64,000 nucleotides of DNA from the human T2T-CHM13v2.0 reference genome, Homo sapiens, in assembly GCF_009914755.1 (NCBI RefSeq), contig NC_060929.1; one strand, 5' to 3'. The notes under the pieces are model-generated. The model was not told the origin of the DNA. It saw only the letters and a list, made by a program, of their open reading frames with translations, and did not search any database. Positions 57,815-64,000 of the stretch are shown piece by piece (positions within the stretch are counted from its first letter, which is position 1; every line of letters begins with the position of its first letter). A program made the position numbers and the translations under genes.

Positions 57815-60800
57815 TAAAAAAAAATTTGTGAGTACATGGTATTCTACATATTTATGGCGTACATGAGATATTTTGATACCGACATACAATGTATGATAAT
57901 CACATCAGGATAATGGGGTACTAATTACTTCAAACATTTGTCCTTTCTTTGCATCACAAACAATCCAATTATACTCTTTTAGTTATTTTAAGATGTACAA
58001 TATATTATTGTTGACTGTAGTCACCTTGCTGTGCTATCAAATAGTAGCTCTTATTCTTTCTTTCTGACAAAATTTTTATACCCATTAATTATTCCCACTC
58101 CCTCACACCCAAGGCTACTATTCCCAGCTTCTGGTAACCATCATTCTACACTCTATCTTCATGAGTTCAATTATTTTCATTTTTAGCTCCCACAAATAAG
58201 TGAGAGTACTTGAAGTTTTTCTGTGTCTGGTTTATTTCACTTAGCATAAAGTCCTCAGGTTGAATCCATGTTGTTGCAACTGACAGGATCTCATTCTTTT
58301 TATGGCTGAATAGTGCTCCACTGAGTATATATACCACATTTTCTTTATCCGTTAATCTGTTGATGGATACTTAGGTTGTTTTCAAATCTTAGCTATTGTG
58401 GACAGTGCTACAATAAACATGAAAGTGCAGCAGGGCACAGTGGCTCACACATGTAATCCCAACATTTTGTGAAGCTGAGGCTGGTGAATCACTTGAGACC
58501 AGGAGGAGTTTGAGACTAGAATTTATTTCTGCATTCTCTACTCTTTGCCATTGGTCTGCATGCCTGTCTTTATGCCAGTATCATGTTATTTTGATTACTA
58601 TAGCTTTGTAGTATAATTTGAAGTCAGGTAATGTGATTCCTCCAGTTTTGTTTTTTTCTCACAATGGCTTTGGCTGTTCTGGGTCTTTTGTAGTTTCATA
58701 ATAATTTTACGATTAGTTTTGCTATTTCTGTGAAGAACATCATTGGTATTTTGTTAGGAATTGCATTGAATCAGTAGATTGCTTTGGATAGTATGGACAT
58801 TTTAACAATATTGACTCACCTAATATATGAACAAAGAATATCTTTCCATTTTTCTGTGTTCCCTTAAATTTCCTTCATCAATGTTTTATAGTTTTTATTG
58901 TAGTGATCTTTCACTTGTTTGGTTAAGTTTATTTCTAGATATTTTATTTTATTTGTAGCTATTGTAAATGATATTACTTTCTTGATTTATTTTTCAGATT
59001 GTTCACTGTTGCCATATAGAAATGTTCAAGATTTTTGTATGTTGATTCTTATATCTTGGAATTTTACTGAATTTTTAAAATCAGTTCTAGTAGTTTTTTC
59101 ATGAAATCTTTAGTTTTTTCCAAATATAGGACTATATTATCAGCAAACACGGATGATTTGACCTTTTCCTTTCCAATTTGGATGCCGTTTACTTCTCTTG
59201 TCTGATTGCTCTAGCAAGGACTCGTTGAATACTTGTCCAGTACTATTTTGAGTAACAGTGGTGAAAGTCAGCATTGTCATCAGGTTCCGGGTCATAGAGA
59301 AAAGGCTTTCAGTTTTTCTCCATTCAGTATGGATACTCCACTAGCTGTGGGTGTGTTATATATGCCTTTTATTGTGTTGAGGTATGTTCCTTCTATTATC
59401 CACTTTTTTGAGGGTTCTTATTATGAAGGGATGTTGAATTTTATCAAATGCCTTTTAAGGGTCAATTGAAAAGATCATATGGTTTTTGTCCTTCATTCTG
59501 TTGATATGATGTATCTCATTGGTTGATTTGCATATATTGAACCATCCTTGCATCCCTGGAATAAATTCCATTTGGTCATGATGAATGATTTCTCCAATAT
59601 GTTGTTGAATTCGATTTGCTAGCATTTTGTTGAAGACTTATGCATAAATGTTCATCAGGGACATTGGCTTGTAGGTTATTTTTTTTTTTTATGTAGCCTT
59701 GTCTGGTTTTGATTTCAGCTTGCCACTGGCCTCATAACATGAGCTTGGAAGTATTCCCCCATCTTCTATTTTTCAGAATAGTTTGAGTAAGATGGTATTC
59801 ATTCTTCTTGAAATGTTTTGTAAAATTTAACAGTGAAGCCATTGAGCACTAGGCTTTTCTTTGCCATTGGGACTTTTCTTAAAGCTTCAATCTCATTACT
59901 TGTTATTGGTCTGTTCAGGTTTTGGATTTCTTCTTGGTTATATGTTGGTAGGTTTTATGTGTCTAGAAACATATCCATTTCTTCAAGTTTTTTCAGTGTA
60001 CTGTAATATACTTGCTCATAGTAGCCTCTAATGATCCTTTGAATTTCTGCAGGATTGGTTCTAATGTCCTATTTTTCATCTCTGGTTTTATTTGTGTCTT
60101 CTCTCTTTTTTCCTAGTCTAACTAGAGGTTTAACAATTATATTTATCTTGCCAAAAAAAAAAAAAGAAACAAACCTTTTCTTTATCTTCAGTATTTTTTC
60201 ATTTCAATTACATTTATTTCTGCTCTCATCTTTATTATTATTTTTTTCTTCTGCTAAATTTGAGATTTGTTTGCTCTTGCTTTTCTAGTTCTTTAAAATG
60301 CATCATTAGGTTATTTATTGGAAGTTTTTCTGCCTTTTTTGATAGAGGTGCTTATCCTTATAAACTTTCCTTAGTATTGCTTTGCCGTGTCTTGCAGGTT
60401 TTAGTATGTTGTGTTTCCATTTTCCTTTGTTTCAATAATTTTTTAAAATTTTCCTGTTAGTTTTTTCACTGACCCCTGGGTCATTCAGGAGCATATTGTT
60501 TAATTTCCATATGTTTGTATAGTTTCAAAATTTCTCTTATTATTAGTTTCTAGTTTTTTTATTATGATCCAGAAGGATACTTGATATAATTTCAATTTTT
60601 TGAATTTTTAAGACTTTTTGTGGCCTAATGTATGGTCTATTTTTGAGAATGGTCCATGTGCTGAGGAAAATAACATGTATTAAATGTTCTATAAATACCT
60701 GTTAGTTCCATTTGGTCTACAGTACAGACTAAATTTGATGTTTCTTTGTTGATTTTCAGTCTGGATGATCTAACCAATGTTGAAAGTATGGTTTTGAAGT

Positions 60801-60860
60801 CTCCAGCTATTATTTTATTGGAGTCTATCTCTCTCTTTACCTCCAATAACATTTGCTTCT
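57815..60860 (-). mobile_element. L1MA (L1MA1-3-like), ~3 kb, with internal deletions
   Basis: gtacatgagatattttgatac...caaacaatccaattatactcttttagttatt 3' UTR; ORF2 antisense through the endonuclease-region ORF 60637-60852 (IIAGDF...LS.L.RSSR.KINKE). Confidence 0.92.
58429..58519 (+). mobile_element. Alu/FLAM 5' fragment without tail
   Basis: gggcacagtggctcacacatgtaatcccaacattttgtgaagctgaggctggtgaatcacttgag. Confidence 0.85.
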
Positions 60861-61191
60861 ATTCAGCCATTTTCCTCCAGCTCCCTCTGTGTTTATTTAT
60901 TTATTTATTTATTTTGCTGGCAAATTGCTACTCTGTCCATCATGGAAAGGATCCTACATAGCTCATTTGCAATCTGAACCTTCTACAAAAACTGTCCTAT
61001 GAGAGGCTAGGTGTTGGCCAGTATTTTCAGACAGTTGGACATTTGGGAATAGCAGGATCTTGGCCAATCCATGCATAACGTCCATTTCTGTCACTATGAC
61101 AAATTTTCCTGTAGACTCTTTGATCAAGACTATTGTGGCAAGGTAAAGAGTTTGGGTTGCATCTATATGTCTTTGAAATAGTTTTGTTTTT

Positions 61192-61297
61192 GTTTTAACT
61201 TTTATTTTAAGTTCAGGGATCCATGTGCAGATTTGTTATGTAGGTAGACCCCATGATGGGGTTTTGTTGTACCAATTATTTCATCACCCAGCTATTG
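61192..61297 (-). mobile_element. Very short L1PA/L1PB 3' end
   Basis: aacttttattttaagttcaggg...atgtgcagatttgtta...attatttcatcacccag; TSD agttttgttttt (61180-61191 / 61298-61309). Confidence 0.8.
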
Positions 61298-61317
61298 AGT
61301 TTTGTTTTTAACCTATT

Positions 61318-61539
61318 TTTGGAATTAGCAAATCTTTTCCTGTGAAGAGCCAGAAAATAAATATTTAAGGCTTTGCTGTCTATGTGATTTCTATTACAAC
61401 TACTCATCTCTGTGGTTCCAAGTACAAAAGCAGCCACAGAGAATACACAAATGAATAAATGTGGCTGCATTTCAATAAAACTTAATTTATGCAAACAAGG
61501 TAGCAGATTTAATTTATAGGCATAGTTTGCCATCCCCTG
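61318..61539. mobile_element. MER58A hAT MITE
   Basis: agcaaatcttttcctgtgaagagccagaaaataaatattt...aaaagcagccacaga...catagtttgccatcccctg. Confidence 0.85.
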
Positions 61540-61637
61540 ACTACTTGATTATCAGTCATTTCTTAATTAATCTGTAAGCTAGGCTTCTGTTAATTGGCAA
61601 TAAAGCCAGTGTCAGTGTGTAGCACATGAGTCTGATC

Positions 61638-61712
61638 CAGTTGTGTGCTGGATCTAGCTTGCACTGGCTTCCACCATCCAATTATGTATATCTCTTCCTA
61701 TCTCCAAGTATT
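61638..61712. mobile_element. MER63-like fragment
   Basis: ccagttgtgtgctggatctagcttgcactggctt...atctcttcctatctcc. Confidence 0.5.
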
Positions 61713-62218
61713 GACCAAGTTAGGAGTATTATATTATGGAAATCCACAAATGCTCCTAATCAGGGCTACTTACTCCCTGTAGTTTGTGGAACACTGCCAG
61801 AATGCCACTGGTCTGAGACTTTGCTCATGCAGTTTAATAGTCTTCAAGCCTAGATTAAATTTTTGCCAACTCTATTTTACAATGTAAGGCTTCTCTATGT
61901 GTCCAGTTGATTGAATAAGTGAGGTTACATGCAATTTATAATGTCTTGTTTGATTTTTGCCTCTCCAGGCTTAGAAGTTTTCTGATTACATATATAAAGC
62001 AGAATCTTACTAGGCTGCTCATCCGTTTGGTTCATAGAGACCACAACATCAAGCAGCTATCAGTCAGATCCCTGCTGATCAAAAAGCTATGAGAATAACT
62101 TTGGTTTGGTTCTGTTACTTGCTATAATAATTAAGTTTCTCTGTCTTTGCTGTTTAAGCATAGAAACCTGTCTTCAATTCTAATCTCGATATTTCTATTG
62201 AGATTAAGAACTCCACTT

Positions 62219-62356
62219 TCCTAGCTACCTGAGAGGCTGAAGGGGGAGGATCACTGGAACCCAGGAAGTCAAGATGTAGGAAGCTGCAACTGTGCTACTG
62301 TACTCCAGTCTAGGTGATGAAGTGAGACCCTGTCAAAAAAAAACAAAAAAACCCAA
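62219..62356 (+). mobile_element. Alu right-arm fragment (FRAM/AluJ)
   Basis: cctagctacctgagaggctga...tactccagtctaggtga...gtgagaccctgtc + A-tail. Confidence 0.85.
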
Positions 62357-62738
62357 AAAAACTCAACATTATATTGCCTTCATTTACCTTCATCTGCCTC
62401 CACCACAACTTTGCTATTCCAGCAAAGTTGGTGACTACCTCTCCAATGAGTTACCTGACAAAGGGTAAGGAATGTAACCACCGGGTCCTTCAGGGGCCAT
62501 GTTAGGAGGCAGCAAGAAACACAATAGATCAGTTTCAAAAATTTCCTCACTGTAAGCCTTTTAGTTTATTTCTGTATTAAAAAACAGTAATTCAAGCATC
62601 CAACCTCCTTTACTCCAGGCAACAGTGAATCTAGGCATGGAATTAGGGAACTAGCAGATCATAAATGGCACTCTTAGTTAATTGTTCTAATATAACTTTT
62701 AGAGGTTTCCCTTTCTGTACCACTCTGGTACCAGTTAT

Positions 62739-63164
62739 CCTATGAGTTAGAGTTCTGGTGAAAAAGAGATAGCACATATAAAAAGTAATTGAGAATTGTT
62801 TAAGAAAGAAGCCATTTTAAAATGAGTAGGTAGCATGAAAACTGCAAGTAATAGGGGATCTCAGGGACAACAATAGTAAGAGCTTCTCTACCCTACACCT
62901 CAGAGAGTAGGAAAGAACATTTTTTAGGATAGGGCTTGCCCATGAAGTTGTCATCTTTGGTAAAGAGACACAGCAAACGTGGAGTGATCTCACAGGGAGT
63001 GTGTCAGAGGAATCAGCTTCCCAGCCTAGTTAAAGCCAATTAATAGACACAGTGTCAGGGAGACTGTTGAGGCTGCCCATTAAAGTCAGTGCTCTCGGCC
63101 ACAGAACTGACTTGAGAATAGTCAAGAGTGAATCTAAAAAGGTTATAAGAAAACATATAGCATA
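62739..63164 (-). mobile_element. LTR33-type LTR (5' LTR of ERVL relic)
   Basis: tatgagttagagttctggtgaaaaagagatagcaca...gttgtcatctttggtaaagagacacagc...agagtgaatctaaaaagg...atatagcata. Confidence 0.7.
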
Positions 63165-63169
63165 TATAT

Positions 63170-63620
63170 AGTGTGAAAGCATAAGAGTTGTTCTAAGAAA
63201 ACTATCAATTCAAAGATGAGGCAGGATAAAAATAGCATCAAAAAAGCCAAAGGAAAAATTTCAAAGGTGAATGATTTGGTCAATAATATCATTAACACTA
63301 ACTACAGTAAGTATAACAACTTTAATTAAATATTACAAATTTAATGTTACCCAGAAACTGGAAACATTTCAGTATTTTTTAGAACATCTGTATGTAGCAT
63401 TGATCATTTTTCTTAACATGGGGAATATGTGTGATATCTCTAAAGTTACACAGAAAGTAGGTTAAAGGCTATTTTGTGTCAAAGTCACCCCTCAAATACT
63501 TGACTCTAAATAACTAATTCAAATGCAGTGGAGTAGTTGAGAAGGGAAAGATAGAAAATATTGTTGGATTTGCCAAAGTTGCTGATTGGTTATTAGAGAT
63601 TCCTGGTATTAAAACGATGG
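63170..63620 (-). mobile_element. L2 fragment
   Basis: Purine-rich antisense L2-like text (aagccaaaggaaaaatttcaaagg, gcattgatcatttttcttaac). Confidence 0.4.
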
Positions 63621-64000
63621 GTTCTCTAAGAGACGAAATAGCAGTTCTATATCATACTTTCCCAGGAATTTGATTTTGACTTGATTTCATTTAAATAGGT
63701 AGAATTGTAAATAAGGGCTGACATTGTTGAGTCAGTGTCAGTGGTTGTATGCTTATATATTTAAGCATACAAACACGCATACACATCTTTTAAACAGCAT
63801 ACTTATACATATTCAAAAATAAGCGGAATACAACATTTTACAAAAAAAGTTAAAAATGTAATTGAGTGAGGCGATTTATAGGCAACAAAATTTCAAATCA
63901 TGTAGGAAAAGATTGGTTTCAGTTGCTTCCTGTAATTTTCTTGTTAAAAGAGAATTAGTATTATAATGAAATGATTTCGACTCCATTGAACATCTAGTTT

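Larger units (their letters stand above)
56753..62738 (-). mobile_element. ERVL-class internal sequence (decayed pol/gag), interrupted
   Basis: cattcctcccttggtaactaagacc, ttttatcaagccagct, aaggcaaatctgcaaccaaagtaatatgtctatt resemble antisense ERVL pol; cactctggtaccagtt next to the right LTR is the antisense 5' internal start. Confidence 0.6.

Noticed and set aside
60637-60852. ORF resembling an endonuclease (IIAGDF motif)
   Set aside because: Decayed L1 ORF2 APE-domain fragment within the L1MA copy

Overview
AT-rich, CpG-poor primate (human-like) genomic DNA that looks intergenic or deep intronic. I can support no protein-coding gene, RNA gene, CpG island or CRISPR array, and most listed ORFs fall inside decayed repeats. 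The window is a layered record of transposons: old L1 fragments, younger L1MA/L1PA copies, seven full-length Alus plus two fragments, MIR/L2 relics, hAT/Tigger MITEs (MER1A, MER20, MER2, MER3, MER58A, MER96, MER63), a full-length THE1A-type MaLR provirus, and several solo LTRs. The right end holds a two-LTR ERVL (LTR33-type) relic carrying nested insertions. I found no convincing new biological system. The best leads are a repeat-free island at about 48.9-49.5 kb (longest ORF plus splice-like signals), the ERVL relic, THE1 LTR motif changes, three L1s with 5'-inversion architecture, and an unexplained diverged direct repeat at 12.6/14.0 kb. Subfamily names come from recalled consensus sequences, not from an alignment run.
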